DNA from: Trichoplax sp. H2
Taxonomy: Eukaryota
Direction: 5' to 3'
Length of the DNA stretch: 50,624 nucleotides
Assembly (NCBI GenBank): GCA_003344405.1
Contig: NOWV01000030.1
Location: forward strand, 558,001 to 608,624
The position numbers were made by a program, and so were the translations under genes. Shown one piece after another: positions 1 to 13,800 of the stretch (its first letter is position 1; every line of letters starts with the position of its first letter). Below the pieces are notes generated by a model that saw nothing but the letters and a program-made list of their open reading frames with translations, was not told the origin of the DNA and ran no database searches.

Positions 1-44
1 TTATTAGTATTGCCCATTACATAAATTTATTAGTTATGTTTTCC

Positions 45-3000
45 TAGCTAAGTATTTTCCAGTATATCCTTCTAGACAAGGACAGCTGCAACTGTTGTGT
101 AAATAGTTGTAGCTACCATTATTCGTGCAAGAATGGGAAAGAAATTCATCAATTTCTTTTAAAAGTATAACTATATTTTTAGCTGAAATAATTTACACAG
201 CTTGATAAGAATCTGAAACTTTTAAGTCCTTTTGATAAGTTACTGAATGAAGTACGAGTTCTATAAGTTGATGGCATTCTTAAAGTTATTTGTAGTATTT
301 TTTCGATTGACATTGATCTGCTAATAATTCTAGCACATAGATGAGGCATACCTTCGGTACAATTTTTTCGTATATATCCAGCAAAGCAGTTGCAGTAGTA
401 TGATAATGGGCCAGTCCATGAGCGTGATGCTTCTATTTTACAAGGGAAGGGCTTTCGGCATGGATTAATGTCTTATCGAATAAATGGATTATGATATAAT
501 TTTTGTTTATTATATAAAGGTAATGTAAAATGTTACTTTTATGTTATAATATAAGATTTGCTCAAAAAAAGATTAAATTAGGCAAAAATGAAAAATACTA
601 TCCTATCTGAAGTACTTTTAAAAGTGATAATTAAAGTGTTGAGATTATGTATTAACCGATTTCGTAATGTGTTCCAGACCAGTCCGGAGGGCAGCTACAG
701 CGATATCCATTTATTTCGTCGGTACAGGTATCATTTACATGTTGAAAGGGATTGGATTGACATTTATTTATATCGAAGAGAAATTACATATGTGATTTGT
801 TACTGTTGAACTCTTAAATTGCAAACAGATAAATATTTTTCGGAAATAAAGACATACAGCTATTTTATCTACTATACTATAGCATAATTTAACCAACAGA
901 ATTTCCTATCTATCAGTTGTAATTTATATGTTATCATCCGTTGTCTAACCTATTAGGCAACTTGTTCCAGTATAACCTGCTCAACAGGAGCAGTTATGTA
1001 ACTGTTGAGTAATTCGTAACAGCTTTCATTATTCACGCACGGCTAGGGAAGACATTCGTTGATTTCTAAATTGAATAAATTATCAGCCCAATTGCAAGTT
1101 ACGAGTGTATTATAGCATAATTGTAAATTATAAAATTATGACCTAACAGGGTTATGAGTTAAATATCTTCAAAATAATTTTTGAATTTACCAAGTCATTT
1201 TGTTCATTTCTACGTAATAATATGTGTTTATTGTCATTGCAGTATACTAAGATGCCGTGGTGTGAGTATATTCGTGCTATTATACGCTAATATACTTTAA
1301 TTTTCAGATAATGCATACCTTTGGTACAATTTTTTCCTGTATATCCACTTGAGCAATTGCAATTATATGACATTGGTCCAGTCCACAGGCATGCTCCGTT
1401 TTGCCAAGGTGCATGAGTTCGGCAAAGATTCAAGTCTTATAATTTGAATTCGAATGAATTTAATTTAATTACGAGGTCAAATAAGCAAAGGCTATTAACG
1501 ATTAGAATGCTTAGAATAGTTGATATAATTTGTTTTCGTCGTCACTATAAGCATAGTATGTTAGCTATATTATTAAATGATGTAAAACCATTAAATAGTG
1601 TTTTAAAAAGCTGGGGAAGAAATTAAGACCAATTTTTCATACCAATATCGCAATGAGTTCCTGTCCAGTCAGAGGGGTAGTTAGATTGATATCCATTTAC
1701 CTGATCAATGCAGGTGGCTTTTTTATTCTGACATGGACTGGAGTAGCTCATTAATATTTGCGCATTAAATGTTTTTAAAATGCATTAATCTCTTTCACAA
1801 TGTTACCGGAAAATAAATTTATTTTCTTTCAATTCCCGTTCTATGGTATTGATTATTACAGAATATTTGTAAAAATTTTTTAATTACCAGTACTGAACAG
1901 ATACTGCAGTATATTAAAATTTAAGATAACTTTAAGTAATTAAGGCTGATGATTTAATTTAATTTAGTTTAATTTGCTGGTTTGGCAATTCGTTCCGTTA
2001 TAGCCTGTTAAATATAAGCATTTGTAGCTGAGATGGAGATCAAGGCAGGTTCCATTAATAGCTCAAAGCTTGGGCAAACAGTCATCGATTTCTAAGGTTT
2101 GAAATCAGAAGGCATTATTTGTTGGTAAATGCCTGATATGCCTTTGGGTTGCGTTGCGTAGAACGAATTTTCATTCGAAGATCGAATTGCAGACTTTATA
2201 TTTTAGTTTTACCTTTTGTGCAGTTTATTCCTGTGTAGCCGGGTAGACAAGTACAGTTATTGGAATATGGCCCAGTCAAATGACATGTTAATCCGTTTTG
2301 GCAAGGCACAATGGTGCGACAAAGATTTAAATCTGAGTTGTGAGATATACGTAAATTTCTGTTATGAAAATTTTAAATAGCAATTATAGGAATTATGAGT
2401 ACGTCTTTTTGCTACCTGCAATGACAAGTGGCTTAGATTGATACGTAGCTGATACATTAACTTCTGTGATTTAATTCATTAACTTATAACTTGTGAAACG
2501 AGATGCTTCCTTAAATTAACAGTGGGACTGGATACTTTTTATAAGTGAATTCATTCACAAATAATTTACAATTACTGTATAACTCGACTTTTCTAAAATT
2601 TTCTATCGTATACTGTACTAAAAGTAAAGCTAGGCACAAAATTTGTATTTATGGAGTAAAGGTGCTCATAAAGTATGATATCACAATAATAACATTATAT
2701 TCTCTCTTCTCTGTTGCAGCTTTAAATTTTAAGGAGACTATCATATATGAGGTTTAAGGTATTCTATGCTGCATATAATTATAAACCTAATAAGGTCTAG
2801 GTTGAATACTGTTCTTGTGGTGCAAGGAAAAGCTATTGCTTACCGATTTCACAATATGTTCTTGTCCATTCTGATGAACAATCGCAGCGGTATCCATTCA
2901 CTTGATTTACACATGTTGCGCTCAAATTGTGACCCGGATTTCAGTTACACTCATTGACGTCTATTAAAAATTTGATATTCATATTTAGCTACATAACTAT

Positions 3001-6000
3001 AGATAAACCTACTTTGAAGAAGGCTGCTTCCTCTGATCTAAAGTGAATTGATATTGAAATAATCCTTTTTAACTGTAATTGTATTTTTTATAAGATTGCA
3101 AAGCTTTTTTCTACCAAAGAGTTATGTTAATTAGAACTAGTTAAAAAAGTTTTCTAATTATTAGATCAATTGCGCTTACATTACATTTTTTCCTCAAATA
3201 AAATGCAGAGAAATCTCAAGCACTAACTGCACCAATATTTAAAGATGTAACAATTCAGTATTCTGTTTACAATACCTTCTGGTGCAATTATTTCCTGTAT
3301 AGCCAGCACTACAGCTAAAATTATACGTAAAATGGCCCGTCGATGTGCAATTAGCACTATATTGGCAGGGAGAACCGGTACGGCAAACATTTATATCTGG
3401 CAATGTTGTGATAACATTAAAATAGCTAAGATGTATAATTTCATTTAGCCCGATGCTGCCATTTTGTCGAGAGTAGTTACACAGTTAAGATGAAAAATCT
3501 TTATCAGACTTATACTAATAAACTAATAAAGATCCGATATTATACATATTTAAATGCAATAGTAATTACACTTAGATCTTACGCTTCACATTTGTAAAGA
3601 AAATTGAATCGCTACAGTATTTCAGTTACTATTTCTATACCTTGTGTACAATCAGTCCCAGTGAAACAATTAATGCAGTTGCAAGTGTAATTAAAAGGAC
3701 TTGTTGATGTATAGTTGAGGCCATTTTGACAAGGGAATTGGGTCCGAAAAAGGTTTGCATCTGGTATAATTATTATAATAAATTGGTAAAAGTATATACG
3801 TGATATACACTAGTATATGACCGCATATATCGTAATATATTTCATCTTTCACAAAGGCCAACACTTACAGTGAGCAAGGCTTCTATTAACTGTGGTTTAC
3901 AGCATTAATTTAATTATAATCTAATAAGTATTGAAATGATGACTCTTTTTCTGTTTATATCTTTGACTTTAATAAATATAATAATCTCCGAAGGTTTACG
4001 TTAATGTTATTAGATATAGTATTTCAGTGGTCTCTTTGCAATACCTTGTGTACAATTAGTTCCCGCGTAATCTTTAGTACATTTAAATTCATAAGTAAAA
4101 GGATCTGTCGATGTACAGTTACCCCTGTTTTGATATGGAGATTTAATACGGCAAAAATTTGTGTCTAATATTGATAAATAAGAATAAATTAAAGTGAAAA
4201 TGATCATAAAAAAATTAATTTCATCTAATACAGATGTGGCCGAGACTGATTTATTACTATTACTTTGCTTAGCACAAGAACGGTAAATGGACCGTTTATA
4301 AGTACTTTATTAGTTCAATTTTAATTATCGAAACATAAAGTAATAATCTTGATATATTACTTATTTCGTAATGAGTCCCGCTCTATTCACTGGGACAACT
4401 ACAATTGTAGTCATTTAATTGATCGATGCAAACAGCATTGGGATGTTGGCATGGATTTGATTCACATTAATTAATACCTACAAACGGAATAAGTAAATAA
4501 TATTAAAAGCAGAAGAATGTGAAATTTCAAATGACTCTACGTTTCATGTTTATCGCTCAGTTGTGTTACATCATGAAGCCATATCAGTAAAAAGCTTGAT
4601 ATAATGAACGTTTGTAGATACAGTCATGTTCAGCTGATATTATAATAGCTCAAAATAGTATACTTCCTCCCATTCTGTAAAGGTGCAAGGCTTATTGCTG
4701 ATAGTAATATACTATTAAAAGTTCATTCTTTCTATCGTATGATTATCCTGGATATCTATAAATATTTGCTAAGATAGTCTAGTTTATTACAATGTATGGT
4801 AATAAAAATAATTTACAAGCATATTTAGGCCTCTGATAGCACTTATTTATGATTAGCGATAACATTTTTGAATACATAGTATAAGAATTAGCCCTTAAAG
4901 CTCGCAAATTTTCACACGTTAATGAATAGTTTCTTCCCGAGGCTAATCTTTTTTGAAAGCTGTTACTTGTATAATAATTAGCTATCAGGGATATTGATAT
5001 CTAGGCATCTATTCGTCAAATTACATCACGGCAGTAGACTGCATATACAAGTTAAATATTATAACACAGTCCAGGTCTATATCTAGTTTTTAAGTAGCGA
5101 TGATTTAATACACATTGATGAATAACCTTGCGAACAATTTTGACCAGAAAATCCCGCAGTACAGGCACATGAATAAACGCTCACACTAATGTATGAGCAT
5201 GTACTGCCATCTTGATAAGAAAAATAGCGGTAGCAGTTCCAATCTATTAAACAAATCATAATAATATAATTCAGAATAAGTTTCGGAAACAATCTTAAAT
5301 TAGTGCTGTAGTTAATTTAAGACTAATTTTCTTAATACATGAATTCAAGAGTCTTAAATGATTGCTAATTTAATTGGGCTATTAAAATGCCAATAATAAA
5401 TGAATATTGAACCTTAATAACTGCACATAATATACCAGTCCACTCTGAAGGGTATTTGCAGGTAAAACTATTAACTCTATCGATGTAACAGGAGTAAATA
5501 TGTACGCATGAATTCGATGCACATTCATCAATATCTATTTATGAAAGAATACGAATTTACAGAATATAATTAGTGTGTTTTTAATAGGACTAATGTTTGT
5601 AAGTAAATTTTTATTTCATTACTTCTAGTTTGTACACTTATCGTTAAGTCTAATGACCTTATCTTAGTAAATGTACTAGCATAACATTTAAGCACAATAT
5701 TACGTTATACACTCCTATATATGTATAATATACTTTTATGGAGGAATTGATTGGATTTGAAATTTATTGCAGCTTATTCGTATAACATGATTACTTTTGT
5801 TGCAGTTAATGTTTGCTATGTGGAATTGCATAACCAATTAAATTTATCTTCGAAGATCGAACTTAATCCGAAATTTAATATTAATAACTCTATTACTTTG
5901 ATTGCAAGTCGATCCTGTAAAACCGCTTTGGTAACTGCAGCCATACGTATTGATACCAGTAAATGAGCAGTTTCCTCCATTTAGACACGAGGTACTCGAA

Positions 6001-8208
6001 CGACATAAATTTCCATCTATTCGATATTATTTCACTGACTTAATCATGGTGTACTGGTTTTGATTGTAAAAATTAAATTTAGATTTAGAAATTAGGTTTT
6101 TGGCTTACCCACTTCACAATTGGTACCAATCTATTCAGAAGGGCAACTGCAAGAATACGAGTCAATATTGTTATGGCAAGTAGCATTTATATGTTGACAG
6201 AGATTAGAGGCACATTCGTCAATATCTATTCAGAAACCGGAAGAAACTTGAATCAAAATTACGTAACAAATAATAGTTATGTCGGGTATAGTACTGAAAA
6301 CAGCGGAAGAAATTGTATCTTTAATAAATGTTCAAATGGCTTTATTTGACATAAAATTTCTTTAGTAGTTATAAACCTTGTTGGCATTGGGTCCCATTAA
6401 AACCATTCTGACAGGTGCAGTTATAATTATCAGGGCCGGCACTATTACAAGTAGCTCTATTTTTGTACGGATTGCTTTGACAAGGGGTGCCTGTGTTGGC
6501 TATCGAGTTAAAATGTACTAAAATTAAGAAATTATATTTTAGATACAAACTAATTGCTAATAATATACGCAGTTCTCTAATCATTATTGGCCACTAGATG
6601 AAGTTGGCGAACTCCATCTTTTAGTCTAACAAGCTATGTTTACAATGAAAGTCAAACAAGAGTTTTCAAGATATAAATGTATTTTATTTCAAATCTATGC
6701 TATAATTTAGCCCAGTCCAATTACTGGCACATTCTACCGAAACTACTATAGTAAATTGAGACTTATTATCTGCGATCGGTCTTGTTTCATTAATAGTAAT
6801 TGTCGATGCTGTTCCTGATGTGATATGAAAAAAGGAAGGATGAACTTAAAAAAATTATCTCATAAAATAATTCGCATTTCACTTGACTCATATTTCTTTC
6901 GGCATAAGGCGGATTTAAAGACACTTTATAAGGATTAGTAATGTCGGTGCTAGTTTGATTTTGATTTCTTGTGAATATTAGCGTTTCAAATACGTCCCAA
7001 ACAGTCGTCATTAAGTAGCCATAATTACATGGTTGATTAATGTTTCCTACGTCTGAACACATGATAAAATAGTAGTTGCATAATGTTGAGGGATCACATT
7101 TCCCATTATCCCAATTTCTTTCGTTACGGTTGTAGTATTCTTTGAAATCGTAACTGATGTAGCCATAGACATCGGCTTGGATACATTAAAGTTCAGTATT
7201 GAAGTTTTCAATCTTAGTTTCATTATTTTCTTCATAAATTATTGCAATGTTATTAAATATCACACGTGTAATGAAGGTTTTGTAGATGAAATTTTATAGC
7301 GCTGGTATCCAATAATTAATACTTGGAACTTGATCATTTCGAGCTATTTCCTCAAATTAACAAGTATATGAGCTATTTCTTAAATTAATAGACATTGAAT
7401 ATCTGTAATCGGTTATCAAACTACTGTACGGTGTGGAAACTAATGAACTATTTTGCAATAGAGTAGAGGATTTGACAATGGCTATTATCGATCGTTGAAA
7501 TAAATATTTTGTGCGTCATGTCGAAAATAACTGTATTAAAATTGTTTGTAACCGATCCAATTAACAATGAAAATCAAGCTTTTCTCTAGCTTGATAAGGC
7601 TAGAATAGGTAAAAAATAAATCTCTATAGTTACGATCCATATTTGATATAAGATACAGTAAACAAATATCGAAAATTATTTGCTAGGATTCAAGGTCGAT
7701 TTCATCGTTTTTTCCTAACTCATGCATATTACCTTCAAAGTTTAAGATTTCTACTCTTTTAATAGGAAACCTATCAAAATCTCAATTGCTAGAAGTGTAT
7801 TGCAGTTTACTTTCATACTACCTGCAATTAAGATTACTATTTTGATTAATTTATTCTCTTGTAATTTCTAAAATTATGACGGACACTCAATCTTCCGGAG
7901 CATTATAATTTCCTGATTGTTAAAGATAGAAGAAGTGTCTTGAAATATTGATTTATCTATATTTTTTTCTTTACTGCCACTTCTGGAATAGATTACCCGC
8001 CCGTATTATAATTAGCCACTTCATGCACAAGAAAACTGTAATAATAGGACTAATAGAGATACCACTTCACTAAAATATCAGAGTTTTAGGGATATAAAAC
8101 CAGAATACAGGATTCATAGGTTTGAGTAATATACTTTTGTACCTTCAGTTGGAATGTCCATAATATAATCAAAGTCCGTAACAGCAATTGAAATCCTATT
8201 TGTCTCAT
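45..8208 (-). pseudogene. Pseudogenised SP-C2(MNNL)-EGF array paralog, probably continuing past the left edge
   Basis: SP exon 8143-8208 (MRQIGFQLLLRTLIILWTFQLK). C2 exon 6901-7185 is 50/95 aa identical to 28112-28396 but has acceptor aa and donor ga. The second C2 exon (about 6700-6830) is 5'-deleted. About 18 degenerate EGF exons lie between 45 and 6500, with in-frame TAG at 6131-6133 and 1043-1045, frameshifts, many Cys to Y/F/W/R changes and a mutated acceptor near 774. Confidence 0.9.
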
Positions 8209-9047
8209 TTATCCGATCTATTTGTAATTGGCTTAAAGGCTAAAAGTTGGTACTCAAATTATACTTTTTCACGTGAGAAAGTGACACTAATGTTACACAA
8301 TACGTATCGAAATGTCAATGATTTACACTAACATCAGCAGATTTAATGAACTCAGATATACTAGTTACAAAACAATGAAATGGATTTAATAGCTTCATGG
8401 ATTTTACACTAAAGTTGCTACCTTAAAATTACTTTCCGAATGCTATATTAGGGTATCAAAAGCTTTACCTAATTATCACAATGCATACAACCCAGTAAAT
8501 AATATTACTTCATATTTACATGCTTACTGCATACTGTATTCTACCATAGATTTGTCTAAGAATTCCTACTGCATAATATTAGCAGCAGCTTTTAATCACG
8601 ATACCGCTTGCTAAATTAATTGAAAATACCTAATTCTTTATTTTCTTTATTAATTAATTGTATATGCCTTTGTCTTTCTTTATCTACTAATTATATATAG
8701 AATAATTGCTAATGATTATTTATAAAATTGGAGAATGCTAGCTTAAATAAAAACTGTTATAATGTTCGCACTATGGATATTGGTAAGAGACGGAGACCAT
8801 GTACAACGCCAAAACCCTTCATTTTTATAGTTCATTTGGAATTTAAATTGAATAATCTCTTAAATGGCGAAGTAATGCTTTTAGATACTCCTTGAAAAGA
8901 CTAAATTTGATTTTATATATTTAAGTTTTCTACACAAATAAGGTTTAATACTTTATGATATATTTAGAGCTGATAATTTCGGGCTGGCTACCCGTAAATG
9001 ATATAGGCATACATTGCAACCATTAGTCAAATATCGTAATGTCAGAA
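7495..9047. repeat. Segmental duplicate copy A (upstream region, exon 1 and start of intron 1)
   Basis: Colinear direct match to 30861-32483, e.g. cactcaatcttccggagcat, ctaacatcagcagatttaatgaa, gggctggctacccg. Roughly 80% identical by eye. Confidence 0.92.
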
Positions 9048-9863
9048 TTACAACCTTATCAATGGAATGAAGCAAAATTAGAATTATAGATTGTACTTGA
9101 CTTATTTTAGATCTAGCCTACTGCACAATTCTAAACGATGAGATTAACAGAGTTGTTAGATTTAATAAAATCTTAGTATTTTATTTTTTCGGTGACGTAT
9201 AATTTATAGAATGAATAGATGACAACCTTATACTGTGTTAGATTTCGTCATGTTATAAAGTCATTAATGCCAGATTTCGTAAATTTCCATTTATATATAC
9301 TGTAAATGGTAATAATCGACTTTTCGATATCACTTAAAATTAAAGGAAGAAAGATATTTTATAATTTATGATCTATTTACAGCATTCCATATATCACTGC
9401 ACTATTTCGACATGAGGCTGGTGTTTGTTGTTTGTGGCATTGCAATAGATGCCTGTATTACTGGCCAAATAGTTGCTGTTGTTGCTATTGACCAAGTCAT
9501 ATTTTGACTCCTGATTATATAGACCGCATAAACATTCATTGGTGTTTCTTTCACCCTTTCATCTGAATTACGACAATATTGTTACATTTGTAATAGTCAA
9601 TTATTTTTAAATCATCGACATGGAACTGGAAAGCATTTATCAACACTCTTTATAATATAATGGAAACTTGTATAGCCTGCCAGCTTGGCATATAGAAATA
9701 TACCGTAACATATTGACCGTATCTTTGAATGCACTACCGTTTTTGCAAAGCAAATTATTGCATTTGTTGATACCTGTTCACATTGATGTCAGGTATAACT
9801 AGATATGCATGAATAATTATATTTATCAATTTTTTATTGCAAAAACTTATAAATATTATCTAG

Positions 9864-10408
9864 TGTCACAATTTCACTTCTGCGACAAGGTAACGTACAG
9901 TAAAAGTCTATGAGTAGCTACTGACTTAAACGCCCTTTTACTTAACGTTAAACACACTCAGCAAAAGACTGTAAAGATGAAACTAAATTAGCAAAGATAC
10001 ATCTACAACTTTTTACCAACACTGAACTCTTTCCCATTTATATAGGAACCGTCTAATTTCTAAACAACAACAGTATTATTGTTATATCTTACTAGGAGAA
10101 ACATCTCGAACTGAGATGTTCCTTACATAGCTTTCCTATCAGTAAATATTTTGAATCTCTTACTTATACTTAATCTTAATCTAAGCTCGTAGGTTGTCTA
10201 ATTCAACTATCATCAACTAGAACTTGAATCATCTTAGTACTATCTGTCACACAATAACAATCAATATCAAGTATGTAATGAACTATTACAAACAACATCC
10301 ACGTTAAGGCATTACTTATCTTACCTAGTACTACAAATATGGATATTCTCCATACTAGCTACTACTGTACTTAGTAAACTATCCTAATGACAAGGCAACA
10401 CCGTAACA
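9864..10408. mobile_element. Solo LTR-like element, family 1
   Basis: 545 bp, TGTCAC...GTAACA termini (TG..CA, imperfect inverted repeat), 5-bp TSD TCTAG at 9859-9863 and 10409-10413. Near-identical copy at 48183-48733. Confidence 0.88.
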
Positions 10409-10803
10409 TCTAGATTCCACTTCAGCAGTCAGTTTTAATGTCACAGAGATGCACTATTAGTAAAATTATTGATATAAAGATTACCTTGAATACAGCATAA
10501 AACTTATGACAAACGTTTTATTTTTAAGCTTATAAATTACTCTTAAGACAATTAGGGTCACTTTTACACTGCTACTACATACTATGCCGCGAAGATACCA
10601 TACGGAACTAAAATCATTCATAAAATTGAATTGATATTTTATTTACGAACTTACTGGAACGCAACTATTATGCGTTTGAATTAGCTATCTGCGATTAACC
10701 GCATTTACGGTAGCGAGATATACGGTGCATGTAAAATTGAAGAACAGGAATATGCAGTAGTAAAATATGTCGCTAAGGTCTATCAAAATTGATATTTCGA
10801 TTC

Positions 10804-13800
10804 TTAGCCATTGTTAGATTGATTTTCATTATTTTCGTAGCTTTCATAAATGTTATCTGAAATATTTTCTTCAGGTAAGCTGATACTTTGGCTGTTATTA
10901 TTTGTAGCTCCTGCGATATAAACATTCTCTTTAGTTGGAAGCACTTTGAGTTGTACATCTGCCTGATGCGATTTGTAGGATCGTTTGTGTTTAAAGTACA
11001 GGATTAGAAATATTAGAATCAAAATAGTGGCACCGACAGTACCGACAGAAACTCCAATAATTAAAATGAGGTTTTGTGTTGTCTCCCCACATCTAGTGCC
11101 TCGAAATCCTGCTGTACAGTTGCATCTTTGCTGGCCGTCTACGATGTGGCACTTCCCACCATTGTAACAGAAATTGTTACCGCAATCATTATCAGAATAG
11201 CATCCTGTGTTGGAATAGGGATTACCTTGATAACCTGTTTCGCAGAGACAGCTATAAGATCCTTCCGTATTTACGCATATTGTATTTTTACCACATGAAG
11301 ACTTATTTAAGCATTCATCAATGTCGATGCAGTTGCTTCCTGAATAGCCCGCTTTACATCGACATAAATAAGTACCTAGCAAGTTGACACATATTTGGCT
11401 AACATTGTTGCAACTGTTATCGATATTATTTGCACATTCGTCATAATCTTTAATAACGGCCTTCTGTAAATATTGTCCATTGATGGTGACATTGCTACTA
11501 GTAATAATATTGCGTAGTTCATGTAGACTAAAGTTTGCTGTCAGTTGGAATAGTACATGGTAATCTATAATAATGCTGCCTGATCGAAAGCCTTTTACTT
11601 TAACTTGTTCAAAATTGGGGCTTGTTACTGAGGATGAATTAAAAGCAATTGTTAGCGCGGTAGTAGCTCTTCTTTGAAGTATTTGATATTCAGCACTTGT
11701 TGGATCATTCAGTGACGAATTGAAATTACTAGTAATCTCAACAATTCCGATAAATAATTTACCATGTTGACAATGTGAATCTGATTGCAATTGCACTTCT
11801 GATAATAGACTATTGGAATAATATCCGATCTTACAACTGCAATATATGTTGTTGTGATATGTCATACAGTTTGCCTTTTTACCGCAATTCTTGCTGTTAT
11901 TACAAATAATTTCTGGAGTACAATCGATTCCATTACCGTAGTAGCCTAATTTGCATTGACATAGATAAGATCCAACAGTATTTATACAGTTAGCTTGAGT
12001 ATGACAGTTATTCTGATTGAGTGAGCATTCATCGATGTCTTGACATAGAGACATAGCTTGACCTGAAAATCCAGGATCACACTTACATATGTAAGAACCA
12101 TTAACGTTGAGGCAGGTAGAGTTATCAACACATTTATTTGTAGTAGTAGTAGAATTGCATTCGTTGGTATCATGACAAGTATAACCATCGCCGTTATATC
12201 CAGATCTGCACTGACATTGATACGATCCCATAGTGTTAATGCACTGTGCAAAACTAGAACAGTTATGATGCGATGACGAACATTCGTTTTCGTCAACGCA
12301 CGATTTTCCATTACCGGTATATCCTAACTTGCATTTGCATAGATAGGATCCTACATTATTAATACAATTAGCATTAGTGTGGCATTGATTATAATTATTC
12401 GTAAAACATTCATTAATATCTTCACATATGAATCCGGTTCCTGTATAGCCAGAGTTACAGAAACAAGTATAAGATCCATTATTATTGACACATTTGCTAT
12501 GAATGGAGCAGTTGTGTAATCCAAGCGAACATTCATTGATGTCAGAACACGTTTTACCATTTCCAGTATATCCAGGATAACAAGAGCACGTATACGATCC
12601 AATATTATTAAAGCAACGACTATTAGCTGAACAAACATTGCTGTTAAGTGTGCATTCGTTGACGTCCGTACATACCAATCCATTACCTATAAAACCTTCA
12701 TTGCATTGACATCTGTAAGATCCATTGGTATTACTACAGTTAGCTTTGGAACTGCAGGGATTATGCTGTAGTGATAAACATTCGTCTATATCATTACATA
12801 TATATCCATTTCCAGTATAGCCAGGTTTGCAGTTACAATTATACGACCCGATAATGTTTGTACATATTGCGTTAATCGAACATGTATCGACTCCAGTGGC
12901 GCATTCATTAATATCTTCACAGGTCCAACCATCTACTCTAAATTTATAACCTGCTAGACAATTACAAGTATAATTGCCCATGGTGTTAGTGCATTGATGA
13001 TAACAAGGTGATGGACTTGCATCGCATTCATCTATATCGACACACTCAGTCAGGCTGCTATTCAAAAGGTGGTAACCTTTATTACAAGAACAAACTATAG
13101 ATGAATTAACATAAATACAAATTTGTGAGCAATTATGACCTGGTGAGCATGGATTTGTATTATTACAAGTAAAACCGTCGCTGTTTAATTGGAAGCCTTG
13201 ATAACATTGACAAGAGTATGATCCTATAGTGTTAATACATTGTTGATCGCAGGGGTTATAGCGATTGCATTCGTCGATATCAACGCATGTATGCTGATCA
13301 TTACTCAACTCGTAGCCACTATTGCATGAGCAGGTGTAGTTGCCTTCTGTATTATTACATAAATGATCGCAATTTCCATTAGTTATATTACATTCGTCGA
13401 TATCGAAGCAAGTATATCCGTTACCTTGGTAACCTAGTTTACAAATGCATTCATATAAACCGGGTTGATTAATACATATCGCAAGATAACTGCAATTGGC
13501 ATTTCCGAATGTGCATTCATCAATGTCAGTACAGCCTTTCTTATCGTTATCCAGCTGATATCCAGGTAGACATTGGCAACTATAACTTCCATCTTCGTTG
13601 ATACATGTTTGATTACACTGATGGGTTCCATTTTCACATTCATTTAAGTCGTAACATTTTCGTCCATCGACAATATAACCTATAGGACAATGACTACAAG
13701 TGTAGCCAGCTTGCGGCGCCAGATTATCTGTACATGTTATATTTTCGAAACAGGGTTGATCAGCACATGCATCAAAATCTGATGTACAATAATCTCCAGT

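Noticed and set aside
10517..10643. AATAAA polyadenylation signals downstream of the hybrid gene
   Set aside because: The hexamer is too frequent in this AT-rich DNA to assign without 3'-end data.
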